Part shown: positions 15,148 through 23,957 of the stretch, in pieces
How the letters are laid out: each line of letters starts with the position of its first letter
How positions within the stretch are numbered: the first letter of the stretch is position 1
Virus record (IMG/VR): IMGVR_UViG_3300037420_000593
Span: 1 to 38,482 of that record
Length of the DNA: 38,482 bases
Reading direction: 5' to 3' (one strand)
DNA from: a virus
Lineage: Duplodnaviria > Caudoviricetes
Notes under the pieces: model-generated
What the model was told of the DNA's origin: nothing
The model's input: only the letters and a program-made list of their open reading frames with translations
Databases searched by the model: none
Translations under genes and position numbers: made by a program

Positions 15148-15698
15148 CGGATTCCCAAGATACGCTCCGCAACCTCTCGCAGACGGAGTTCTTCACGCGG
15201 TACCTTCAGCTGAAGGAGAGCGACTGGCAGGCGATGCCTCGCATGGAGATCGAAGCGTGGCGGACGGAAGTGAACCGACGCGGTCTCGGCCAGAGCCTGA
15301 TGGATCAGATCGGGGAGGTGACCCTGCCGTCGAGTCGTTGGCTGGAGCAACGGTCCCGCCCAGGGGAACCGTGCGAGGCATCGACGGCGAATGGCGGTCT
15401 CTCGATCACGCCGGAAGCTGTGCAGGCTGCGGAGCAACTCAGTCGGCTCGCCCTGCGATCTACCGAGGAGAGCTCTGGTGCTCCGACCGATGCCGGAAGT
15501 GGCTACGAGATCGTGGCGTATCGTCGGCTGCCGTTGCGGGCGAAGCGTGATGCCTTCATCGCGGAGGGCTTCCTGTACGTGCGCAACGACATCCTCAAGG
15601 AGTGGGTGAGCCACTTCATCCTCGGCAAGTGTTGCCACTCGCAACGAAGCGGTTTTTCGTATCACTCAACGGGGTGTTGGATCGATGGCAATCGTTAA
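15144..15698 (+). CDS. Hypothetical protein
   Basis: ATGA overlap; continuous + strand operon. Confidence 0.65.
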   Translation: MTDSQDTLRNLSQTEFFTRYLQLKESDWQAMPRMEIEAWRTEVNRRGLGQSLMDQIGEVTLPSSRWLEQRSRPGEPCEASTANGGLSITPEAVQAAEQLSRLALRSTEESSGAPTDAGSGYEIVAYRRLPLRAKRDAFIAEGFLYVRNDILKEWVSHFILGKCCHSQRSGFSYHSTGCWIDGNR

Positions 15699-15951
15699 GG
15701 TCGTTATCGCGGACTCTTCGCTTCCGCATCAGATCGTGCTGGGCAGCAAGAAGGACGGCAGCATCACGATGTCGTGCAACTGCATGCCGCAGGTTGCGGG
15801 CTGGCCGGAGCCGATGGAGACGTTCGAGTCGGGGTCGGTGGACGGACACCAACTCATGCATGCATGGGTGATGTCCCCGCTACATCGAGGGCTGTTTACG
15901 GCGGAGCACGTAGCCGCCGCACGGCGGGGTGTGCACTTCCGCCTTACCTAG
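15685..15951 (+). CDS. Hypothetical protein (CNC...H possible metal site)
   Basis: Overlaps the upstream gene; followed by a hairpin. Confidence 0.6.
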   Translation: MAIVKVVIADSSLPHQIVLGSKKDGSITMSCNCMPQVAGWPEPMETFESGSVDGHQLMHAWVMSPLHRGLFTAEHVAAARRGVHFRLT

Positions 15952-15990
15952 CCCGGATCGTCGGTAGATCGGCGTAGAACGCACGAATAG

Positions 15991-16022
15991 GGGTGGGGTC
16001 GGTGTAGGGGCCGACCCCACTC
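15991..16022 (+). terminator. Intrinsic terminator-like hairpin
   Basis: GGGTGGGGTCGGT / GCCGACCCCACTC stem followed by TTCT. Confidence 0.65.
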
Positions 16023-16043
16023 TTCTCAGCAAGGAGGGCACAT

Positions 16044-16613
16044 ATGGAGGTACCCCAGGGAAGGCTCGTGGTGTGCGCCTTCGACCCCGGCATTCGCACC
16101 GGCTGGGCGTGGTACGACGTGGATCGGGTTGACATGTGCAGCCTCGGAACGCGGCTGGGCTTGAAAGCGGCCGACGCCGAGTGGGGTGTCTTCGACACCA
16201 GCAAGGGCGAGCGGTATCACGTCGACCAGATGGTCCACGTCACTCGGGCGTGTTGGAACTGGGCGAAGGTGAACGAGGAGACCGACACGTTCATCGTCAC
16301 CATCGAGGACTTCATCCTGCAGATGATGTCGTCAGACCGCGAACTGCTGGCACCGGTTCGGCTGACCGCTCGCTTCCTGGACCGCATGGAGCCTAGCGGG
16401 CTGGCCATCTGGACGCGGCATACCGCCAGCGAGGCCAAGCGCACCGTCACCGATGAGCGGCTGCGCATCTGGAATCAGTACGACAAGAGCAGCGGAGACC
16501 ATGCTCGCGATGCCCAGCGGCACGCGATCCTCGTACTTCGCAAGTATGCAAGCGATCTCGGCTTCCGCAGTTGGGCGGGCGTCGGCCTTTCGAAGAAGGA
16601 GAAGTCAGCATGA
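16044..16613 (+). CDS. RuvC-like Holliday junction resolvase
   Basis: AFDPGIRTGWA, VTIEDF and HARDAQRHA acidic motifs of the RNase H fold. Confidence 0.8.
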   Translation: MEVPQGRLVVCAFDPGIRTGWAWYDVDRVDMCSLGTRLGLKAADAEWGVFDTSKGERYHVDQMVHVTRACWNWAKVNEETDTFIVTIEDFILQMMSSDRELLAPVRLTARFLDRMEPSGLAIWTRHTASEAKRTVTDERLRIWNQYDKSSGDHARDAQRHAILVLRKYASDLGFRSWAGVGLSKKEKSA

Positions 16614-16963
16614 CGGACAGCATCGTTGCCTCCGCCCCTCGCTCACCCGTCCCGCAGGACCTGCTCGGGATCTTGGAGTCGGTGATTGAGGAACGGGATC
16701 GGGCGATGGCGAAGTGGGGTGTGCAGTCGCACCCCGACGGAACGGGCGGTGGGGCGGCTGAGATCCTGCGTGATCAACAGCGCGAGCTCGTCGACGAGCA
16801 GAACCGCAAGGGGACTAGCAACTGGCGCGACATCCTCATGGAAGAGGTGCGAGAGGCGTTCGCCGAGACGGATCTCGTTGCCCTGGACAAGGAGCTCATG
16901 CAGGTGATGCAGGTGTGCTGTGTCTGGCGCGAGCACATCGCCCGACGGATGGCTCATGGGTAG
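16610..16963 (+). CDS. MazG-like all-alpha NTP pyrophosphohydrolase
   Basis: ERDRAMAKWGVQSH...WRDILMEEVREAF...KELMQV: EExxE...ELxQV motif. Confidence 0.7.
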   Translation: MTDSIVASAPRSPVPQDLLGILESVIEERDRAMAKWGVQSHPDGTGGGAAEILRDQQRELVDEQNRKGTSNWRDILMEEVREAFAETDLVALDKELMQVMQVCCVWREHIARRMAHG

Positions 16964-17153
16964 GCCGCGTTCTGCGGGGAGGCGATGGGGCTGGGCGAAT
17001 GTGCCGCAGCCCCTCGGTCTTTCCGACTTCGACAGAGACACCGAAGCTGAAGAGTCGGTGTCGGCTCCGTCCACTCCCCTCCCTGTGTCAAATAACGGGG
17101 CGGGAGAGAGCTCGGATTCTTGGTGGGACGACGACGACTGGGGAGACGACTGA
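16956..17153 (+). CDS. Hypothetical acidic/disordered protein
   Basis: Overlaps its neighbours; TGATG coupling to the next gene. Confidence 0.5.
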   Translation: MGRPRSAGRRWGWANVPQPLGLSDFDRDTEAEESVSAPSTPLPVSNNGAGESSDSWWDDDDWGDD

Positions 17154-17485
17154 TGATCAGCAATTTGACACCGTGGGATCCGGAGAACATTTCGGAAATC
17201 GAGCTGGACTGGAAGGAGGGTGTCTTCACCCGCTCGGCGGCGGTACCGGGCGGAGACCCGCGAGTAAACCTTGCTGTCTACCACGAAGCTCGTTGCCTGC
17301 TGTGTGAATGGGCTTACAACCCTGACGCTCGGCAGGTACAGGACTGGCCAGGGCATCGGGTGGTGTTCGACCGCTTCGAAACACCGGACGTATGCGAGGT
17401 GTGGAACTGGGCGGCTATGCATCGGGCCGAACCTACCCATATCCGAGCTCTATCTGAGTTCCGTAGAAAGAAGAAAAGTATCTAG
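17153..17485 (+). CDS. Hypothetical protein (CxxC...H)
   Basis: RBS GGGAGA; last gene before the AT-rich gap. Confidence 0.6.
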   Translation: MISNLTPWDPENISEIELDWKEGVFTRSAAVPGGDPRVNLAVYHEARCLLCEWAYNPDARQVQDWPGHRVVFDRFETPDVCEVWNWAAMHRAEPTHIRALSEFRRKKKSI

Positions 17486-17605
17486 TCGGCAGCGGCGTCA
17501 GAACCACGCTAATTAGTGAATTATCGTGTGTCTCTCTCAAGAAGAGATATGTATATATAGTTCTGTATTTATTTCTTCCCTGGGAAGTTTCTGCCTGTCG
17601 GGGAT
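17486..17605. other. AT-rich non-coding gap between the replication and packaging modules
   Basis: TCTCTCTCAAGAAGAGATATGTATATATAGTTCTGTATTTATTTCTT in an otherwise GC-rich genome. Confidence 0.65.
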
Positions 17606-17695
17606 TTGTGGTGGGATTTCGAGGATTGGATGAAGGGCGGATTGAGGTACGCTATTGACGTAGGAGTTATCGTCAGAATCAAGGGGTTCGAGCTA

Positions 17696-18181
17696 ATGGC
17701 TACTGAGGACTCGGAGTTCGGTGGGGCTGGTGGCCTGATACAGCCTCCCCCGCACAATCCTTCTCAATCGGCGGCAGAGACGGCGTTCCTGGAGCGGGCT
17801 ACGGACCCGTTCGACGACACGGTTGGTCCGTCGGACATCCTGGCCGAAGTGCTGGCTGGAACGTACGGTCGTGGGGCTACTCCGGAAGCGGCGATCATTG
17901 GTCCGCTGATGCCGGACGTGGCCTTTGTGGGTACGTCTCCGGCGACCGAGGGCTTCAGCTTCGTTGGCGTAGGCAACCAAGATCTTCGGACCGCCCGGCT
18001 GAAGGTGAGCGACAATCGGCAGATGCATCCGGCGACGTACGGTCCGGAGAAGGAAATCTCCCCGTCGGTCGCTCCAGTGGTGAACCTGTCCATCGGATCG
18101 CTTGCCCCCGGCCACTACTTCTATCAGGTCCTGATGAACGGTCTCCAGGTCACTGATGTTTGGGAGGTAGACGTTGTCTGA
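17696..18181 (+). CDS. Hypothetical protein with a C-terminal beta-sandwich (FN3-like) domain
   Basis: RBS AAGGGG before ATG 17696; ends ...VNLSIGSLAPGHYFYQV (LxPG..YxYxV FN3-like signature). Confidence 0.6.
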   Translation: MATEDSEFGGAGGLIQPPPHNPSQSAAETAFLERATDPFDDTVGPSDILAEVLAGTYGRGATPEAAIIGPLMPDVAFVGTSPATEGFSFVGVGNQDLRTARLKVSDNRQMHPATYGPEKEISPSVAPVVNLSIGSLAPGHYFYQVLMNGLQVTDVWEVDVV

Positions 18182-18935
18182 GACAACGAGCGAGCAGAAA
18201 CGGCGTATCCGCCGGATGCGCAAGGTTCGCCGGGGCCAGTGGGTCCGCGACATGACCGACGACGAGTGGGATCTGTACCTGGCCAACTGCGAGCTTACGG
18301 GGCAGCCTGTGAAGCCCCGAGAGGGCGGTTCATACGAACTACCGCCCGACAACGTTGTGACGCTCTACAAGGGCGAAGACCGCGTCGGGGTACCGGAGGG
18401 CGGCGGTCGGGCCGAAGACGGCGACCACCGTAAGCGGTACCGCATGAAGTACGCGGGGCGGCTCGGCAAGCGTTGGAGCGAGATCATCCAGGCGGTGCAG
18501 AACGGCGAGTACAACTGGGATGACTTCGTCTCCAGTCTTACCGCCGAGGAACTGGCTCGTGGCCAACTGATGGACAAGAACGGCAGCTTCAGCGGCAGAC
18601 CACCGCACTTCGTGCCGAAGGCGTTCCACGACGCCTGCATCCGCGAACTCCTTGCCCGAGGCAAGATTCTCTATAAGGAGAACTACGTCCAGGCCATCCA
18701 GGCGATGACGGAGATCGCGAAGTCCACCACAGCCAAGGAGAGCGACCGCATCAAGGCGGCTCAGTTCGTCATCGAACGGCTGGAAGGCAAGGTGCCCGAG
18801 CGTCTCGAGATCGGTGCGGCCGACCCCTGGCAGCAGATCATCGCTGGCATCGTAGCCGAAGTCGAAGACGACCAGATCGCCAGTGCTCAGCAGTACCTGA
18901 GCCGAATGGACCCAGGGGCCTCAGGCAACGACTAG
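18174..18935 (+). CDS. Probable terminase small subunit
   Basis: RBS GGGAGGT with TTG start; helical C-terminus ESDRIKAAQFVIERLEGKVPERLEI; upstream of terL. Confidence 0.55.
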   Translation: MSETTSEQKRRIRRMRKVRRGQWVRDMTDDEWDLYLANCELTGQPVKPREGGSYELPPDNVVTLYKGEDRVGVPEGGGRAEDGDHRKRYRMKYAGRLGKRWSEIIQAVQNGEYNWDDFVSSLTAEELARGQLMDKNGSFSGRPPHFVPKAFHDACIRELLARGKILYKENYVQAIQAMTEIAKSTTAKESDRIKAAQFVIERLEGKVPERLEIGAADPWQQIIAGIVAEVEDDQIASAQQYLSRMDPGASGND

Positions 18936-18962
18936 TAAGCTACTGCACACAAGGAGGGCACC

Positions 18963-19238
18963 ATGACTACAGAAGAGATGCTGGCCCAGGCCCAGCGGCA
19001 GGACCTCAACAGACAGCGCCAGATCGAAGCCCAGCAGATGTCGATCAATCGGTTGCTGGAGGCAAGGGAAAGTGAGGTTGACGACGCAACTGTGATCCAG
19101 GACCTCACCATCGCCCTGACCGACGAGCGCAAGCAGGTCCTCGACCTACAGGCCAAGATCGATGCCGTCGGCAACATCGTGTCGTCTTGGGACGACGAGG
19201 CCCGCGATCGGCTTGTGGAGGTCCTGGGTCGTGGCTGA
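18963..19238 (+). CDS. Hypothetical coiled-coil protein
   Basis: RBS AAGGAGG; Q/L heptads. Confidence 0.75.
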   Translation: MTTEEMLAQAQRQDLNRQRQIEAQQMSINRLLEARESEVDDATVIQDLTIALTDERKQVLDLQAKIDAVGNIVSSWDDEARDRLVEVLGRG

Positions 19239-19515
19239 CGACATGGATCTCCCCGGCATGTGGACACACGCCGACCTCTCCGGCGGTTGGGCCGACAGCG
19301 AGAACGTTGCCCCTGGCAACGAGAAGCCGGTACCAGTCGAGGTCAAGATGGTCGTCTGGGTGAAGCGGCAGGGCTGGGAGGCCGAGTACGGCGGCGTCAA
19401 CGACCTCACTGCCAACTACAACTTCGAAGAGGCTGTCCAGGATTGGTTCGTCGACGAGGTAGAGACGATCCGCGATCAGGGCGAGTGGCCAAACGTGACG
19501 GAGGTAACGCAGTGA
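19231..19515 (+). CDS. Hypothetical protein
   Basis: RBS GGAGGT with GTG start. Confidence 0.7.
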   Translation: MADDMDLPGMWTHADLSGGWADSENVAPGNEKPVPVEVKMVVWVKRQGWEAEYGGVNDLTANYNFEEAVQDWFVDEVETIRDQGEWPNVTEVTQ

Positions 19516-19787
19516 AGGCAACGGACTGGACCAAGGACGACGAGCTCATCGCCCAGGCACACAACTCAACGGAGCGCGGTCGCGAGTGTTGGTCGGTGCT
19601 CGTGGCCAACTGGCAGGGCAAGCGGGGTGCCGTGAAGTGTGTTGCCAAGGGCAACCATGACACCCACAAGGCGGCCAACGACGAGACGTGGTTCAAGGAC
19701 GCGTCGGGCTGCTGGACATACCAAGGCACCGAGCTCTCCGACATCAACACCAAGGGAGCGGAGGGACCCGTTGTCGAAGGCAACTAA
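19512..19787 (+). CDS. Hypothetical protein
   Basis: RBS GGAGGT; GTGA overlap; C...C...HxxH. Confidence 0.65.
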   Translation: MKATDWTKDDELIAQAHNSTERGRECWSVLVANWQGKRGAVKCVAKGNHDTHKAANDETWFKDASGCWTYQGTELSDINTKGAEGPVVEGN

Positions 19788-20205
19788 GGCCAGCCGCGTC
19801 AACTGGCCTCCGGCGGACAAGGGTCGGAAGCCAGCCCCTCGCCCCACTAGCGTCAAAGTGGGCTTCTACGAGCTCGCCATCCGGTGGATCCCCGACGGTA
19901 AGTGGGTCGTTCCCAACGGCAACGATCCGGGCCTCCAGGGTTCGTTTGACGCCAACGACGGATGCATCCGCATGCGCGTGCAGGAAGGCATTCACGATCA
20001 GCTACTGCGGGAGACGCTGTGGCACGAGATCCTTCATGCCTGCTGGTGGCACATGGGCCTCGTGAACCATCCCGTTGCCCCGGACAACCAAGAAGAAGAG
20101 ATCATCCTCCGCATCACGCACGCCAGTCTTCAAGTTCTGCAGGACAACCCCGAGGTCCTAGCCTACCTGTCGGCGGGGCTGTACCCGGAGAAGCATCGTG
20201 GCTAA
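19771..20205 (+). CDS. HExxH zinc metallopeptidase-like protein
   Basis: RETLWHEILHACW followed by QEEEII; RBS GGAGGG with TTG start. Confidence 0.75.
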   Translation: MSKATKASRVNWPPADKGRKPAPRPTSVKVGFYELAIRWIPDGKWVVPNGNDPGLQGSFDANDGCIRMRVQEGIHDQLLRETLWHEILHACWWHMGLVNHPVAPDNQEEEIILRITHASLQVLQDNPEVLAYLSAGLYPEKHRG

Positions 20206-20410
20206 GAGCAACGAAGTGGTCTACATCAACGTCTCCGGCGTCGACGACGAGCCGCTGTGGGTGGACGTCGACGAGATCGCGGCCATCGGCGTACGCGGGG
20301 CCAATGACACCGCGATCGTGCTGAAGAGCGGTACGACGATCATTGCCAAGGACAAGCATCCGAACGAGGTCATCGGGGAGGTGATGGCCAGTGCCGATCC
20401 AGAAGGCTGA
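20198..20410 (+). CDS. Hypothetical small beta protein
   Basis: Overlapping operon gene. Confidence 0.65.
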   Translation: MAKSNEVVYINVSGVDDEPLWVDVDEIAAIGVRGANDTAIVLKSGTTIIAKDKHPNEVIGEVMASADPEG

Positions 20411-20813
20411 CGACACGATCGCGTTCGTTGCCACGAGCATCGTTCGCTCCGCCGCCCGCCTGTCCTCCTGCCGCAGGAGGCAAGTGGGTGCGGCCATCTT
20501 TCAACTCGACGGCAAACTCGTTGCCACTGGCTACAATCGAGAGACGGACTTCCCGAATGGCACACCTCGTTCGTGTCTGGAAGGGGACTGCCCTCGTGGG
20601 ATGGCTCCCTACGATGCCGTTCCGGCAGACTCTCCGTACAGCGATTGCGTCGCTATCCATGCTGAGATGATGGCCCTGCAGAAGGCGGAGTTGCTTACGG
20701 CAACGGTCGGGCCGGTTGACCTTATGATGGTCGTTACGCACAAGCCGTGTCACGAATGCGCACCCGTCCTCGAGCATCTCGGAATGGACGTGTACTACCT
20801 GGAGGAGATGTGA
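20391..20813 (+). CDS. dCMP deaminase
   Basis: SSCRRRQVGA, ATGYN, IHAE and PCHEC zinc-deaminase motifs. Confidence 0.92.
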   Translation: MPIQKADDTIAFVATSIVRSAARLSSCRRRQVGAAIFQLDGKLVATGYNRETDFPNGTPRSCLEGDCPRGMAPYDAVPADSPYSDCVAIHAEMMALQKAELLTATVGPVDLMMVVTHKPCHECAPVLEHLGMDVYYLEEM

Positions 20814-20956
20814 AGCAGAAGCCCGAGGTCAAGACAGGCACCAACCGAGGGCGACGCGTCTACTGGGTCTTCTGCCCTCGTTGCGGCAACGGCAAGGAGC
20901 ACGTCTCGAAGGTGGCCGCTGGCAACGAGCTCAAAGCGCATACGTGCGATGGGTAA
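20810..20956 (+). CDS. Small zinc-finger protein
   Basis: RBS GGAGGAG; CPRCG...HTC. Confidence 0.55.
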   Translation: MKQKPEVKTGTNRGRRVYWVFCPRCGNGKEHVSKVAAGNELKAHTCDG

Positions 20957-22412
20957 GACACTTGCCATCAGCAAGGAAGCTCTCTGGCCTCACTTGAACT
21001 ACCGCCCGCATCAGGGCCAGGTACCCATCCACCGCTCCCGAACGCGCAACAGGGTGAATGCGGCTGGCCGCCGCTTCGGGAAGTCTCAGGTCGGTGGGCA
21101 CGAGCTAGTGCCCGAAGCGTTCCGAGCTCAGATGAACAAGAACCTGTTGAAGGAACTGGGCATCCGCATGGAGTTCTGGATCGTCGGCCCGAACTACACA
21201 GACGCGGAGAAGGAGTTCCGGGTCTTCTACAACGACTGCCGTCGCTTGAAGATGCCGTTCGACCGCCCTGGCACGTACAACGACAGTCGCTCCGGCAACA
21301 TGCAGGTTTCGCTATGGGAAGGGTCGTTCCTGCTTCAGGCGAAGTCTGCCGCCCACCCCGAAAGCCTTGTGGGTGAAGGGCTTCACGGTGTCGTGATGGC
21401 GGAAGCGGCCAAGCAGAAGGAGAGTGTCTGGACCAAGTACGTGCGGCCGACGCTCTCCGACTTCAAGGGCTGGTCCCTCTGGAACTCAACACCAGAAGGG
21501 AAGAACCACTTCTACGATCGGTGGATGGAGGGGCAGGACCCCCATAACCCCGACTGGGAATCGTGGCGGAACCCCAGCTGGATGAACAACTACGTCTTCC
21601 GGGGCGGGGCCAGCGAGGCAGGGCTGGCGGCTCTGAAGGACCCCACCAAGAAGCTGAGCCGGGAGGCGATCCTTGCCTTAGGCATCGATGAGGAGATTGT
21701 CTCCATGTACTACGACCTCGGCGAGCTCATGTTCGCCCAGGAAGTGGAATGCAGCTTCTCCGAGTACACCGGGCGGGTCTACTACGATTACGACGAGGAG
21801 CTCCACGTCAAGACGCTGGAGTACAACCCCTCTCGACCGTTGCACATAGCAACGGACTACGGCTTCACGAACCCGAACGTTGCGCTGTTCATCCAGACGG
21901 ACGTGTTCGATAACGTCTACGTCCTCGGCGAGTACTATCAGACCCACCGCACCGAAGACGAGTTCGCCCAGGACATCCTTGACGATCCGAAGCTGGGGCC
22001 GATGGCTCGGGCGGCGAAGAACCTGTACCCCGACCCCGAGGACCCTGGCGCGTCAGCCACCCTCGCGAACAAGTGGAAAGTAACCCCACAAGGGAATACG
22101 GGCGGTCTCATCAAGGATCGCATCAACCTGATCCGTCGCTGGATGAAGGTGCAGAACCCGCATCTGCCCTTCGGTCACCCCGACCGCCAGCCGAAGCTCT
22201 TCATCGACCGCTCGTGTAAGCATCTGATGTACGAGATGGATGCCTACCGCTACCCGGAGAAGGCCAGCGAGATCAAGGGTGCTCCCGAGAACCCCATGAA
22301 GAAAGACGACCATGCTCCGGAGGCCCTGAGTCGGTTCTTCGGCGGCTACTATGGCGTCAGTTCACTTACCGGAAGAAGGCCTCGTCAGCGGCGAGCCAAG
22401 GTCAACGGATAG
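20949..22412 (+). CDS. terL: Terminase large subunit
   Basis: Walker A AAGRRFGKS, SLVGEG, STPEGKNHFY, nuclease motifs DYGFTNP and DDHAPEAL. Confidence 0.95.
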   Translation: MGKTLAISKEALWPHLNYRPHQGQVPIHRSRTRNRVNAAGRRFGKSQVGGHELVPEAFRAQMNKNLLKELGIRMEFWIVGPNYTDAEKEFRVFYNDCRRLKMPFDRPGTYNDSRSGNMQVSLWEGSFLLQAKSAAHPESLVGEGLHGVVMAEAAKQKESVWTKYVRPTLSDFKGWSLWNSTPEGKNHFYDRWMEGQDPHNPDWESWRNPSWMNNYVFRGGASEAGLAALKDPTKKLSREAILALGIDEEIVSMYYDLGELMFAQEVECSFSEYTGRVYYDYDEELHVKTLEYNPSRPLHIATDYGFTNPNVALFIQTDVFDNVYVLGEYYQTHRTEDEFAQDILDDPKLGPMARAAKNLYPDPEDPGASATLANKWKVTPQGNTGGLIKDRINLIRRWMKVQNPHLPFGHPDRQPKLFIDRSCKHLMYEMDAYRYPEKASEIKGAPENPMKKDDHAPEALSRFFGGYYGVSSLTGRRPRQRRAKVNG

Positions 22413-22421
22413 GAGCCGCGA

Positions 22422-23957
22422 ATGGCCACCGGAGTCTACACCCCGTACAGCACCGTCTCGCCGTACTTCGGAGTTCTTCCTTCCTGGGTCTCCCCCGAGC
22501 ATCAGGAGCGGATCGCCAGCTATCAGGCGTACGAGGAGATCTACTGGAACGTCCCCGAGTCGTTCAAGCTCGTTCTGAGAGGCACCGAAAACAAGCCGAT
22601 CTACGTGCCCTCCGGCAAGATCATCGTCGAGACGGCGAACCGCTTCGTCGGCAAGAAGCTCAAGTGGCGGCCCGATCCGTTGCTCGGGACAACGAGTGAT
22701 CAGCAGAACATGATGCTGGCCTTCAACGACCTGTTCACCCGGGAGGCGTTCGCCAGCAAGTACAACTCGAACAAGCGCTTCGGCCTCATCCGTGGCGATT
22801 GGGTGTTCCACATCACCGGCGACGACACCAAGCCACAGGGCACCCGCATCTCCTTGCATGCCGTCGATCCGGCGTCGTACTTCCCCGTCCCCGAGGATCT
22901 CGTCATCAAGGGCGGCAGCCCGAACCGCACCGGCAAGGTTCACCTCGCCGAGCAGTTCATCGACACGAACGGCACGTACGGGGCCAAGGGCAAGACGTTC
23001 GTCCGACGGCAGACGTACGAGAAGCTGGAGAACGGTCTCATCCAGAGCTCCACCCTGATCGCCGACACGGACAAGTGGTTCGACGACGCCAAGGCGGGCA
23101 CCCTCTACGAGGTGAAGCCGTTCACGCTGGACCCCCGCATCACTCAGATCCCGGTGTTCCACATCCGCAACTTCGACGAGCCGGGGAACCCCTTTGGCTC
23201 AAGCGAGTTGCGCGGTCTCGAGCGCATCATGGCGGGCATCAACCAAGGCGTCTCCGACACCGACATCTCCCTGGCTCTGGAGGGGCTGGGCGTCTACACC
23301 ACCAGCGGCGGCGGTCCCGTTGATGACGAAGGCAACGACGTCGACTGGATCATCGGCCCTGGCCGCGTCATCGAGAACGTGACGGACTTCAAGCGGGTGA
23401 ACGGCGTCTCCAACGTCAAGCCAGCCTACGATCATGTCAACGCTCTCATGGGTTTCCTGAAGGAGGCCAGCGGTACCCCGGATGCAGCGGTCGGCAAGAT
23501 CGACGTCCAGGTAGCCGAAAGCGGCGTGGCCCTGGCGTTGGAGCTCGCCCCGATCATCAGCAAGGCAGGGGAGAAGGACCAACTGATCATCGACACGTTG
23601 GCCCAGATGGCGTTCAACCTGTCCACGATGTGGTTCCCCGTCTACGAAGGGATGGACTTCGGAGATGCGCGGCTCGTACCGGTCATCAACGAGGCGGACA
23701 AGCTGCCGATCAACCGGGCGGCGGTCCTGGCGGAGGTGACCACGATGATGATGACTGACCCTCCGTTGCTCTCAGCAACTACCGGGCGGGAGATCCTGTC
23801 GACAGAGCTCGGAATCCCCTTTGCTTCCGACGAGTTGACTCGGATCATTCAGGAACAGGCAGCCCTTTTGGAGGCCGCCCCCGCTTCTGCCTCCTCCGCA
23901 GACCCCCAGGGCGACAGGCTAGCGAGCGAAGATGGCAGCGCCGACACCGCTGAGTAG
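22422..23957 (+). CDS. Portal protein
   Basis: Follows terL; 511 aa; IPVFHIRN...FGSSEL and ESGVALAL motifs of SPP1-like portals. Confidence 0.9.
   Translation: MATGVYTPYSTVSPYFGVLPSWVSPEHQERIASYQAYEEIYWNVPESFKLVLRGTENKPIYVPSGKIIVETANRFVGKKLKWRPDPLLGTTSDQQNMMLAFNDLFTREAFASKYNSNKRFGLIRGDWVFHITGDDTKPQGTRISLHAVDPASYFPVPEDLVIKGGSPNRTGKVHLAEQFIDTNGTYGAKGKTFVRRQTYEKLENGLIQSSTLIADTDKWFDDAKAGTLYEVKPFTLDPRITQIPVFHIRNFDEPGNPFGSSELRGLERIMAGINQGVSDTDISLALEGLGVYTTSGGGPVDDEGNDVDWIIGPGRVIENVTDFKRVNGVSNVKPAYDHVNALMGFLKEASGTPDAAVGKIDVQVAESGVALALELAPIISKAGEKDQLIIDTLAQMAFNLSTMWFPVYEGMDFGDARLVPVINEADKLPINRAAVLAEVTTMMMTDPPLLSATTGREILSTELGIPFASDELTRIIQEQAALLEAAPASASSADPQGDRLASEDGSADTAE

Larger units (their letters stand above)
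1205..18961 (+). promoter_or_regulatory. Dispersed start-associated motif GAGGGCAC
   Basis: Exact copies 0-3 nt before start codons at 1205, 4127, 11326, 13471, 16034 and 18954; AAGGCAC variants before 9939 and 12541. Confidence 0.65.

Noticed and set aside
17655-17679. TTGACG ... CAGAAT promoter before the late arm
   Set aside because: The spacer is only 13 nt; cannot be supported without TSS data.
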